Below, piece by piece: positions 1 to 12,209 of a stretch of 64,000 nt of DNA (positions are counted from its first letter, which is position 1; every line of letters starts with the position of its first letter). The notes beneath the pieces are model-generated. The model was not told the DNA's origin. It worked only from the letters and a program-made list of their open reading frames with translations, and made no database searches. Made by a program: the position numbers and the translations under genes. Source of the stretch: Kudoa neothunni (Eukaryota; Animalia; Cnidaria); assembly GCA_964304625.1 (NCBI GenBank), contig OZ199840.1, forward strand, positions 2,210,532 through 2,274,531, given 5' to 3'.

Positions 1-1881
1 TAACATATAAATAAACCATAGTGTCTTGATTACTATTCCAATAAAATATTATTATTTTCCATGAAATTAAAAATTCAAAATCTTCAACATAGGGTGGCTG
101 GTAAATAAATTTGTAAATCTTATCTAATATATTTTTAAATAATTCAAGTTCAACGAGTCCATTGTAACTATTAGACTTGAGAACTATCCATAATCTCAAA
201 TCTCATTATAGATATATTTTGTGTAGACATTTACTCTCTCATTCTGAATGCCCTCATGAATCCAAATTCACGTTGCTGAAATGCATGCTTTTTATAAAGA
301 TAACCCGATAAGATCTTTCATTGGATACAATAATAAAATGTTTTAGTCATCGTGAATATGATTTTTTTAATAGAGCGTGAGAATTTGAATACACCCGATT
401 GAAGTAATTATAATGATAAAGATAAAGTTGTATTCTAAATAAGCAAAGAAATAATAATTTTGATTAGGGTCATAATGTCATTAATTTAACGAATGATTTG
501 GAAGATAATGGGGTAACAAGTGACCATTTAAAAATTAAAAACTAGAATGTGATACATTGTTCCAAACCTCACAAAATATAGTTAACATGAAATTTAGGCG
601 AAACTAATAAAAGTATTATTTAAATGTTGGAAAACTGAGAATTACTTTATCTGAAATTCATCAAGATGTTTACTATGTATATCCATCGGATTTGGAGAAA
701 TTACATCTTGCATGAGCATAATTTCAGATATCATTCAATTAAATGATAAAACATTTTAATAACTGTCTATTTCAAAAAGAGATATTTTAAAAATATGTCA
801 AAATGTTTTGTTTTGTACAAGTGCACATGGGATATACGTTTAATTACACCATTTTTCCTATCTTCCAAAAAGTGCGTAATAACCAATTGTGACTTCACAA
901 TGAGTTCGAAGATAATATATTGGAATAATTTATTTATCACAGTCTTATTGTCACGAAAACTCTATTGATAAATAAATTATTTAACATTGATTTTTTCCTC
1001 CTGTAATATTGTAAATAAATGATTTTGAAATCCATAATAGAAAGCATTGTAGCACTTAAATTAAGGCGAAGAAGAATTTTATTCAATAGAAAACAAAAGT
1101 TTTGGTCATAATCACCACAGGTCTCATTATTTTAAGATATTGTCAATAAGAATTAATTATGTTATAAAACAAAAATAATCGTGTAGATTTTTATCATGCC
1201 GACTCTTTCAAAATGAATTTAAGTACTTTAACGATAGTTTACAGTATTTATAATAAAGAACGCACTTTTTTATTGCTTGTAATATTAGTAAAAAAAATTT
1301 TTATTGAATTTAGTAAATACCTAAGTTTATATATTATAAATATTTTCTAAATATATATCGATCGAATAGTAAAAAAATATAGCTAAAAGTTGTACATAAA
1401 AAATTAAACATCAACTGACTCGATCAATAAATACACGTTGTAACGATGAATAGGGTTAAATAATAATTTTATATATGCGCCGTAAAGAGAGCTGCTACAG
1501 TCTACAAATTATCAATGGTTTATTTAAGATGCATAACTAAGGTAATATATTGTTATAATTAACCTCAAAAATGATGTTGAATAAATCATAAAATATATAT
1601 TGATAATATAAATAAAGTTAATTTAAATTTTTGATTCCATCCATATTGAAAATTCTGAAAATGTAAATTTTTAAAACAACATAATATGAAACAAATGTTG
1701 CTTTAAAGAGTCGTCCGTTAGTTAAACGATAAATTTATAATTTATATCCAAATCGAACTGTATTTGGATTCCACTATAAAAATTTTACATATAATGATTT
1801 AATTTTATAATGCAATTAAGATTTCTTGTTTATAAATAACCATAAAGAATAAAATCTAATTTATAAAACGAATGTATCGGT

Positions 1882-4800
1882 TTATCTAAATTTCACTAAG
1901 GCCAAAATCACTCTAAAAATTTATTGTAAATATGTCCGGTTTAATGTAAAAATATTACAGTACAACGATCAAGCATCCAAACAGCGAGAGTAAAACAATC
2001 AATAAAATCTCTTAAATATATTTATAAACAAAATTTGATCAATTGATTACTTTCTTTTGTTTTGTTTAATGGTTTGACTTGAGCATCTGACTCTCTATTA
2101 TTTAAAATTATTTATAAAACAAAAATTATATATATAAATTATAACAATTTATTTTGTATTTAAGCTGTCAATAATTGTTTTCAAAGTTATAAATACGTTT
2201 TTTTATCTTTTTCACTCTCATATTCATTTTGTTCGGTTGTTCCATCTTTATTGTTATCAGTCTCTGTTGCCTTGGTAGTTTCATACGTATTTTCTTTTGG
2301 AATATCAGATGTTTCTCTATCAGTTTGTTCATTAATAGTTTCTTTTGGAGCGTGTGTAGTTTCTTGTGAAGCGTGTGTAGTTTCTTGTGAAGCGTGTGTA
2401 GTTTCTTTTGGAGCGTGTGTAGTTTCTTTTGGAGCGTATGTAGTTTCTTTTGGAGCGTGTGTAGTTTCTTTTGAAGCGTATGTAGTCTCCTCATGTTGAG
2501 GTTTAGTCGTCGTGTCAAGAGAGTTTGGTAGTTTGTTTTCGTCGTTGGGATCTATTGGATTACTTTTTGGTTGTTCTGGGGTTAGTTCACCGAAAATTCC
2601 GAGATTTTCTGGTCTAGAAAAAATTAATCCAGTCGATAAAATAATATTACATTTTATAGGTTGAACACTTCCCTTCCTTGTTACAATACTAGAGGAGGTG
2701 AATTTAGAATTTTTAATATAATTTCATTAATACTTGGTTGTATGAACATGAGACGTCCTTACAAAGACTAAAATCCTTGTATTCACTCTCACATTTTCCC
2801 ATCACACACACCTATATTTATTTACTCCTTGTTTTGAAGTTATATTACTATTCCTTCTGGACAATGAATATTTTCACATGTCAAGCGATTCTTCTGTGCG
2901 TTAATGCACCTATTATTAAGACACATCTAAATCATTTTCAATGAGTAAAATTCATAACACAAATACACTGTTTTCAGAGCATTTATGTCCATTAGGGATA
3001 AAACCCAAGAAATTATCAGACTCTGTAGGTATCACAAATCTATCATTATTATAAATATATCTCAAATACGAAAACAATTACGGGCATAACCCATCAGATG
3101 TACTCAGTTTGTAATATGTTCCAAAAATAATTGCGTCTGGTGGCGCAAAACAGTTTAATAAACCACAGTAAGAAATACTAATAGTAATTAATATAAATTA
3201 AATTTCCGTATATACCTATTTGTTCGATAGGACGGAAAATAAAATTCCTTGTGATATGATAACACATTTTCACATCTTTTATCGTAATTAACTTTACCTA
3301 TGACAGAATTTATGTATAATACTGAATTATTGTCTTACTCGAATTGTGTAGCTGATGACATTGTTGATTAGCATTAGGACATTTACCATCGACACAATAA
3401 GCCTTAGATATTATTAATACAATCCCAGCCATCAAGTTAATTTACCAATCCAGAATTACATGGTGTTCCATCTGGTTTGATATTAGAGGATGGACACTAT
3501 AATTAATTCAAATATAAATTTCAATAAACAATAATTTTTATTTTAATTACAAATGGACTTTTTCCGTTACAAGTCTCCTGCATGTGACACTGATCACCTT
3601 TTCGGCATACGTTCCCTTTCTTGAGCTGTTTAGTAGTTAAAATGGTTACACCCGTTCAAATAACATATGAAAGGTTAATAGTTGTCTACCTGACAAGAAG
3701 AACAACACTCTCCTTTAGAACATTGAGCATGAGGTTTAAGTTTACATGTACTCATATCACAACATTCATTTTCTCCGCTTATTATACAGTTTTCTTCAAA
3801 CCCGCAGTCACATTCTTCACCGGGATCCACCATCCCATTGCCGCATACATGAAATGTTTCAAAATTAACATTTTTCTAATTAGCAACAATAAAAATCATT
3901 AAATTATTAATTATATACCAACAAGAAATCATTTTTATGATAATTGTCAAAGTGTTTTTTTATATAATCAAAACCTTTCACACTAAATCCGGGAGGATAT
4001 GGGATATTATCTGGCCTAGATTATTAAATAAATGAATAATACTATTAGCAATAATATACCATCCACTTGAACTTGGCCTCATAAGGCATCTCAGATTTAT
4101 ATCAAAACATTTGCTGCCTTGAGATGGAAATTCAAACACAAATATTCTAATAAATAAGATACTCCCGTGAGGAATGTGAGGCGATCCAAATAAATGGCCT
4201 AATTCGTGAGAAAATGTTACGTGATCAATCCATCTATTTAACGGTTCTTGTATTGAAATCTTTTATATATTGATAAAAATAAAATATTTAAATTTATACT
4301 TGAACCACAGCTGAACCGAAAACAGGATTATGGTTAAAATTAAAATTCGCTATACCTGACGGTCCCCCTCCCTCATAAAAATATCGGTAACTAGAATAAA
4401 TTATTATAATAATTATATTTTTTGTTACATAAACAATATGTGATATCCACTTCGTATAGATGTAGTTTTGAGAAACTGTCGAAATTCAATCCCCATAATA
4501 GTTAAAATGGATTTGGGCTCTTGAAAATTGCTACCTTTAAATGACTTCACAACTAGTTTAATGTTATGCCAAGCATAGGTCTATAATAATTTTATAGAAA
4601 CAATTTTCATTAAGGACGTTACAGTCATTGACTTTATGACGACATCTCTCATATATGCGGGTTCTTTTAAATCAAGCTTCATCTAAAACAGATTAAACTA
4701 CGATGTAAAATTTGTATACTGTGCTTTTGGCTTTGTGGATATGAATGTGGGCGTATTTTGTTTTTTCCATACGCTTAAGATAGTTTTGATCTCTCCACAA

Positions 4801-4970
4801 CTATTTAATTATCATCATCATTTAATAAAACTAAATTTTTACTTCGGTGGCACAAATTCCATATCTTATAATAACTATTTTAAAGTTTTATAATTGTGAA
4901 CTGATAATTGATATTTACCACTTAATACAAGAAATACAAGTAAAACCTTTGGCATATTAACTTTGCTCAT
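1882..4970 (-). CDS. ADAM-family (reprolysin M12B) metalloprotease-disintegrin, multi-exon, apparently intact
   Basis: Manual splicing over GT-AG introns (mostly about 35-55 nt) gives one open frame. Order: signal peptide [25 protein letters not shown]; zinc motif [11 protein letters not shown] (~4177-4209) with Met-turn CLMRP; disintegrin [15 protein letters not shown]...[11 protein letters not shown]...[21 protein letters not shown]; Cys-rich domain ([22 protein letters not shown]); two FOLN-like repeats; T/E-rich stalk; [25 protein letters not shown]; KFR-stop (TAA 1882-1884). Confidence 0.92.
2336..2487 (-). repeat. Coding 21-bp tandem repeat (about 7 copies) encoding ETT(H/Y)A(P/S)(K/Q) in the ADAM stalk
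   Basis: The unit GTAGTTTCTT(T/G)TG(G/A)AGCGT(G/A)T is repeated on the + strand. The ADAM frame reads [49 protein letters not shown]. Confidence 0.95.
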
Positions 4971-7900
4971 TATTTATGGATTAATTTTTATGTTTTACTT
5001 TTTGTCAAGTGTATTACCAAAAATATGCCTATTATTGATTAATATTAGTAATATCTCAATAAATAAAAATATAATTTTCTAAAATCACTTGAAAAAGTAT
5101 GATAAATTTTTCAAATTCATGTAATATTTAAAATATAAGTTATAACATAGAACGTAAAGTTTTAATCCAAAAAATCAGGGAGGATGCTCGCAGAATGAAG
5201 TCAGAACTCCCATTAAAACAGATTAAGTCATATCCTATTATGTAATTTCCCCTTATCCTGGAGTAAAATTATATTCTAAAATAAGTCGAACATTTATTAT
5301 TTATTATATTAAATTGTTAATGTTTAATTTGTAAATTATTTCATTATATTTATCATATGCCAGCAGTATTAATAGTAATTCTAATAAGAGTCTTTTTAAT
5401 GTGTATAGTTAATTATTTGTGTAATTACTAAAAACAACTTAATAGATAGATTTAATCAATCGATCGAAATATTATATATCACAAAAATATTTTTAATCAG
5501 AATATATAATCCTTGGTTATTCAATTAAGGCGTGGATGCACGGATTGAGTCATCCCATTACCAAAGTACGTATAGTGAGTATATTGGGAATAAAATTTAG
5601 ATAATGAAATCTGTGATTATTAATCAGTATAATTACAGTGGGAAGTCTATTTTGAAAAATCCCTTCTGAACCATTAAAAAGTATGTAAAATCGGTTGCAA
5701 TTTTTTTCACATACTTTTTGCGCATACACATAATAGTTAAGTATATCATTTTTGGAAATTTTTAAAATAAATTATTGTTCGTTTTATTGAAAATTTTCTG
5801 TTGAATAAAAGTTCTATAACAGGAAAAAACCAAATGATACGTAGTTTAAATAATTGAACAAATCGATTATTTTGGATTGGCTAATATTTTGATCCATTAT
5901 AACATATAGATAAAAAATCTATATATTTTTAAATTAGCAGTAAAATTTGGATCTTTTTCGGAAATTGTCATTTAGAGTAGTTGTATGTTAATGCTGAAAT
6001 GTTTCTCATCAGCCATCTTGATGTTTTGAATGAAATTTTCATAGTATTTATTATTTTTACCTTTGCTTGCAGACATATATATAATTTTTTGAGAATAATT
6101 GTATGTTGGATCAACAAATTTCCCCCAAAAAATGTATTAAATCGAAAAATCACGTGACTGGAAAAGCATATATTTTACATCATGTACAGTCAATTATTTT
6201 AACTATAGTACCGTTGAGTTGAATATATTTTAATGCATAAACCTAAGAAATACTTAAAATTATAATCAAATAATTTTATAAAAAGTGTACAATATCGATT
6301 ACCAACTATATTTAAATTATATCTTTAACTTTAATCTGTTAATTATTTGAATAGCGATAAATTTATAAACTGTGATTTCTTCAATCAATAATAAATTATA
6401 AAATATTATTAATTTTTTTAAAATAATATTACAAGAATTCATCTGAATATAATGAATATAATATATATGCGTGAAAGCTTGAATTAACATTTTAAATCTT
6501 CATAATAAATTTGAAATGTAACAGAATTAGAGAATCTTTCCATATTTTCGCATTAACCTTCTTTGTACGACGAGCGTGACCATAATTCGAAAGCCGATGA
6601 GGTCATTTTTGACCCCAGATCAAATCAATCTTAAACGTTTCAAGTTTTTACCAAGTTAAATCAGCACATCTTTTGAAATAATTTCACGCTATTAATAGGT
6701 AAAATGGTTTCTGATTTCCAGAAATATTGATGTTAATTTGGGCACGCGCAAATAGGTTACCTACCCACAATTTAATGAGAGTTTGAATGTCAAATTCTTT
6801 TAGGGGTTAGCTTGAATCACATAAACAAAAATAACGCCGTAATTTAATTAATTAAAGATTAAAATGAGCTGTGATGAGAAACATCTTCGTTACCAATTGG
6901 AAGACTTAGAATTGATTAAGTATATTTTGATCAGACAATGCACTTTTGTTCGTGATAACATTTTTTCTAAATTTCTAATTATTCCTTGATTCGTTCTTTA
7001 CATTCACGAAATTTTGTTTCATTCGCGTACGCGCCATCTTGACGGTTTGAAATTAGTCGTTTGATTGAATAGAGTATCAAGATACTTTATTCAAAAAAGG
7101 ACTTTTTTATTAACATATTGAGGATTTAATGTATGACGTCACATATTTTATAATAATGATAAACCATCTTATATATCAATATTTGTATATTTATTATAAA
7201 CTTTTTACAAAACTACTTCAATTAGTTAATAAATTTTTATAATGACCAAATGGTCAGATTTTTAAGTTCACTACAATAATAATGTGCAAAACAAATTAGT
7301 TCAAAATTAATTTTTAAATATTTATATAATATCATGTTTAATATTATTAAAGTTAACTATTATAGTTTTAGTTTTCTATTTTGTAACGAATGTAAAATAC
7401 GCATATATAAATTTAAATAGGCTAAATGAAAGGATTAGTGTATCTTTGGAATTTTTTCAAGATATTTTTCAATGTAGGTATTTCCGATACTGAAATAAAC
7501 TAGGCTATTCGCGCTAGTTTGCTAATATAGTAGATGTAGATGCACGCTATTTTAACTAATCCTCAAACATTTAAATGATTCCGTTAATATTGAAATTTCG
7601 AGAATTTAATAGTCTCGATAATCGCATCTATAAACCCCAATTTGATATGTACTCCAGGAGTATTGACGATGTGAAAAAAGGTTCAATAATAGTGCTCTCT
7701 ATTAATGGAAAATATCCAGCATTAGGTCAAAGGAATGATACAATTTTCAATGCATGTTTAAATTTATATAAATATTAACTTATAATGATTAAATTCCTAC
7801 CAAGCTGTAACGTTAACTATGTAGTAGGAAGAATTTGAATGTTCTATTCGTAGGAAATCACGTTATTTTGTCTTTAAAATCTATCAACATTACGCATTAC

Positions 7901-9845
7901 ATTTTTTCACCACGTTCAAGATTTTTAAAAATTGTATTAATAGGTTTATATGTTTTTATATCAACCAGATCGATTTGTATATAATGTATAATTCGAATTG
8001 AGAAAAATTATTATGAATACGGTTTCGTAATGTAAATAACAAAATATTTATTATTGTTTGCATAAGGATTGATATATTATTAGTATAAAATTTTCGGTGT
8101 CATGATTTTGATATATCTCAAAAATTAAAACGTTTTCTTCAAAACTCGTGAATATGGTTTCGTTCGCGATTAGTACCTAAACTGAGGCATGGCTTTAATT
8201 CGTGATAACACGAACACGAATGAATACTTGTAAGTGTATTGTCTTATTTTGATGGTCCCATTTCTTTTAAAAACGCTGTCTCTAGACTCTGATGAAAATT
8301 CTTTTCTAGGTATCATGTCATGTTACAAAAATATTTTAGGTATTGTACAAATATAGACATTTTGTAAAGATGTTGGAAATGATTATTGTTGTTATAAACA
8401 GTATGATGATTAATGTTTTTTTGATAATACTTCATCCTTAATTTTTTCAGTTTTTAAATTAAAAAATATAACTCAATACATCCGATTCACCGATTTGAAG
8501 TGCAAAAGTGTGTATTAAAATTTCCCGATTAAATTGACCCTTCATTCTTTACAGTGGATGAAAAAAATCGCCATCCAACAAATTCTACACGAATAATAAC
8601 AAATTAATGTAGAATTCCTATTTTTGATCCTATGACAATGAAAGCATCTGTTACAATGCTTTTTTTGAAGAATCAAAATCATATTTATAGGGAATGTCAG
8701 ATCCCGATATTGAATTAAGCGTAATTTGTATAAGCTATTCGTATCGTTGTATGTATATGTATTATTCGAGCTCATATTGCTTAAGTAAAAAGTAAATATC
8801 ACATTTAGAGAATAAATTACTACAAAAAATTAAGAAAGTTACGTCTCACAAATACAGAAGGAATGTTAATCTGCTTGTGTAAAAAATCGAGGGTAGGTTA
8901 AAATGTAGAATAGTGGCCACATGTACCGATTAAAGATAATGATAAGATTGAATGGATTTCATCCAATAAAATTATCTTTGATATTAACGTTATTCATTTG
9001 ATACAATTAATTAGTTAATGCTTATATAAAAAATGAAATTCTTATAGACATTGAATTAATAGTAGCCAATTGCTAAGGATGAAATATGACGTTTGATAAA
9101 AATCATAGCTGTCACACTCAAATTTTAGGATAAATACAAAAATTAAAATAATCAACAGGTTAGATTTTTATCATGGTCGATGATTTGGATTTGGACCATT
9201 ATTCTATATTTTAACAAAACTATTTTATTTCTTTTAAAATATCAGCTAAACTACAGTACCTGTGCACGAACTTCGGGCGGTGTCGCATACAACATCGGAA
9301 ATAAAGTCGTTTCCTACAATTCGTCCTGTTAATTCACTTCTTTTTCAAAATTTTTTTCATTATTGTTCTTATCATAAAAAATTACATTATATAGTTAAAT
9401 TTAGATCAAAATGAATTAATCTATTCAAAATTAGAACTGTGATGTTTCAATTTAACAATAGTATTCCTTAATATGACTTTTAGTTTATAAATTTTTTCTG
9501 GTGATTTATTCGTGATTAAAAAATGTTTGTAACAATATTTGTTCAAAAATTCAAAGGTAAAAATTTACACTTTATTTTATTAAGTTATATATTTATTTAT
9601 TTACATTTAGTAACTAAAAATAAAAATATTAAATCATTATTTGTTAATTAAAATTAACTTTAAATTAGAGCAATCGTTACAAATCCAAATATATGTTTTT
9701 AAGCATATTAGGTTATATTAATTATGGATATTAACATGTCCAAAGCGTTTTTTTGTTATTTATCTCAACAATAAAGAAATAATGTAAAATATAAAAATAA
9801 ACATTAATTACTTGGTTTTTTAATAAAACGTGAAATCTTACGTCA

Positions 9846-11183
9846 TCTACTATGTAAAGAAAACCGGAAATCCGTGTGTGTACGCATTTTTCATTCTTTA
9901 TAGAGAGACATATCACTCCATATGAGCACACATATGGAAAGGTAAAACTATTTTAACGCAGAAAAATATGTAAAAAATTATAAAAGGTTTGCATCTTGCA
10001 AAATGACTAAAAACATTTTCACGTGATATGATTGGTTTGATTTGAGGATTTTTGCAAAAATATAGATCATTTCGTTAAAAGTTTTAAAAGTTAATTTTAA
10101 ACGTACCATAATGTTTATTACTTTAAAATTATTGAAAAGTAATTTAGTAATTGGAATAGTTCGAATAAGGAAGGTAATATTACGTTATGTAGCCAATAAT
10201 TTATATGAAATTCATTTGTTGGTGTTTAACAAGATTAGTCGTATTCATATGGAATGATTTAGAGATTACTGCAATCAGCAAGGAGAAAATCGATTTTTAG
10301 GAACTTAAAAAGAGGAAATTTTAAACGATCAGTAATGTTTATTCGTTTTTAAAAATACTAAATAAAGTTAATGCGTCTAATTATTTAAATTAAGTTGATT
10401 AAAATACCATTTAGGACTAACTATCGTAATTGTATACGAAATTAGTGCGGCACCGACGTACTATTGGAACAAAGTCGTTTCCTACAATTTTTCTTCCTAA
10501 TTGATTTCTCCCTCAAAATCTTTTCATATTTCTTTACATCATAAAAAATAACATTTAATAACTAAAATTCAGATCAACAAATAACTTTAAAATCCTAAGC
10601 CGAGCATATTCGGATTCACATGTAATTTCCATTTTATTTAGAAAAAGTTTAAAATTCTTTTACTTAGTGTGATAAACATAGTTATTTACATTAATTACTC
10701 CAAAATATGTTTATAATGAATAACAGAGACCTGTCAGATAACTCATTGGTTGCTGCGTTTTATATATTAATGCGTTACAAAATTAAAATAAATTAAAGCA
10801 AACTCATGTGATATTTATGTTTACTTTCTTCAAACATAAATTTTCGTGAACGTACTATGTAAAACGTAACAATTAACGGTCAAGAAACCTAAGTAAATCA
10901 TATATTCACATACCAAAGTTTGGTATTTCGGTAGATTATAAATATATGGCGTAATATTACATTTTATAACCAAAAACTAATTCATTAATTAATGTTTATT
11001 TTTAGATTTTACACCATTTTTATATTAGTTGGATAAAGCAAACTTTATTTGTGTAACCTTTGTTCTATTTGTCCAAATATTCTTAATTTACTTTAAACTT
11101 AAAATGACCTTGGCTTACTCAAGGCTTTAGTCTACTTGGCCGGGAAAGAAAGCCTACGCGAAGCGGAAGGACTTTTGCGCTAG
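9846..11183 (+). mobile_element. Non-autonomous Helitron (complete)
   Basis: 5' A|TCTACTATGTAAAG. 3' GCGAAGC-containing GC-rich subterminal segment followed by TTTTGCGCTAG|T (A|T target, no TSD). The first ~560 bp are homologous to 31993-32555 and the 3' end to 58300-58381. Confidence 0.7.
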
Positions 11184-12209
11184 TATAATATAATTAGAGA
11201 GCGTAGTTTTCGACGTTTATTATGCGCGCCAATTCTAATGAACAAATTTTTAACGTCTTCTACATTATTCTCATTTAATGTGTAAATTTCAGGGGAATTA
11301 TACTAAAAAATTGTCACAAATTGATCTTATTATTTTGGAAATTTGGACCTTTTAATCGCAGAATAAAAGGTCATGATATTCGGTGCCCATAATAAACATC
11401 GAAAATTGCATTCCCTATTTATCATGGACTTGGATAATATTAAATATTAGATAGCTTAAAATGTTTGACAACCATTGTTGTGCTTGTTTAAATGAAATTA
11501 TCAAACGATATAATATGATAATTTAAAGTTTTTGAGTAACTTTCGCCGAAGCCTCGCCATTTTTGTTCTGCAGGATTAAAAAAAGATTGATTGAGAATTA
11601 AACAGAACAAAATGTTACGCTGTAGCTTCATATCTTGTTAGGAACATAAATTTATACTTATTTCGTATAAACTCTTTTATCTTTTAACACATTTAACATT
11701 GACTAAAATAATATAAAAGCAAAATTTAGAAAATAAAAATATTCGTCAATATCAATAAACTCGTGAAATTATGAAATATTGAGGTACAAATATAATAAGA
11801 TCTATTGTTACTGAAAGATATAAATATTGAGGTATAATTCAAATGTTTGTGAATCTTAAAATGAATATAGGTTAAATAACGCAAATTTTTAGATTAATTC
11901 TGTAATATGTACCAAAAAAACCACAGTTCCGCAAATACACACAAAATATACTTGGACCTAAAAACATAAGCGCGCCTTAATTAATTCCTTTACAAATTCA
12001 AAGTCGTTTATTTGTTGTTGATTAAATTTTAATTTCACATAAAGCTTTTAACCAGCAGAGTATTAAAAGTTTTTAATATAAGGAAATACGAAACAGGTAA
12101 TTTGATACATTCAGAGAAGGAGCTGGTTATATTTGTTAATTAATTGTTTTAAAAATCCAATAATATAAAAGTTTTGATAGTAATTCTAAGGGTTTATTGA
12201 AAACATTTA

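Noticed and set aside
1-1200. Possible degenerate hAT transposase (SNERSY-like motif)
   Set aside because: A single weak motif with stops in all frames. Not supportable.
2336-2487. CRISPR-like array
   Set aside because: Contiguous tandem units with no unique spacers, lying inside a eukaryotic exon.
2168-2518. ORF-track proteins with LHTLQKK or CVVSCEA repeats
   Set aside because: They are alternative frames of the ADAM stalk repeat. The spliced ADAM frame (ETTHAPK) is the coherent one.
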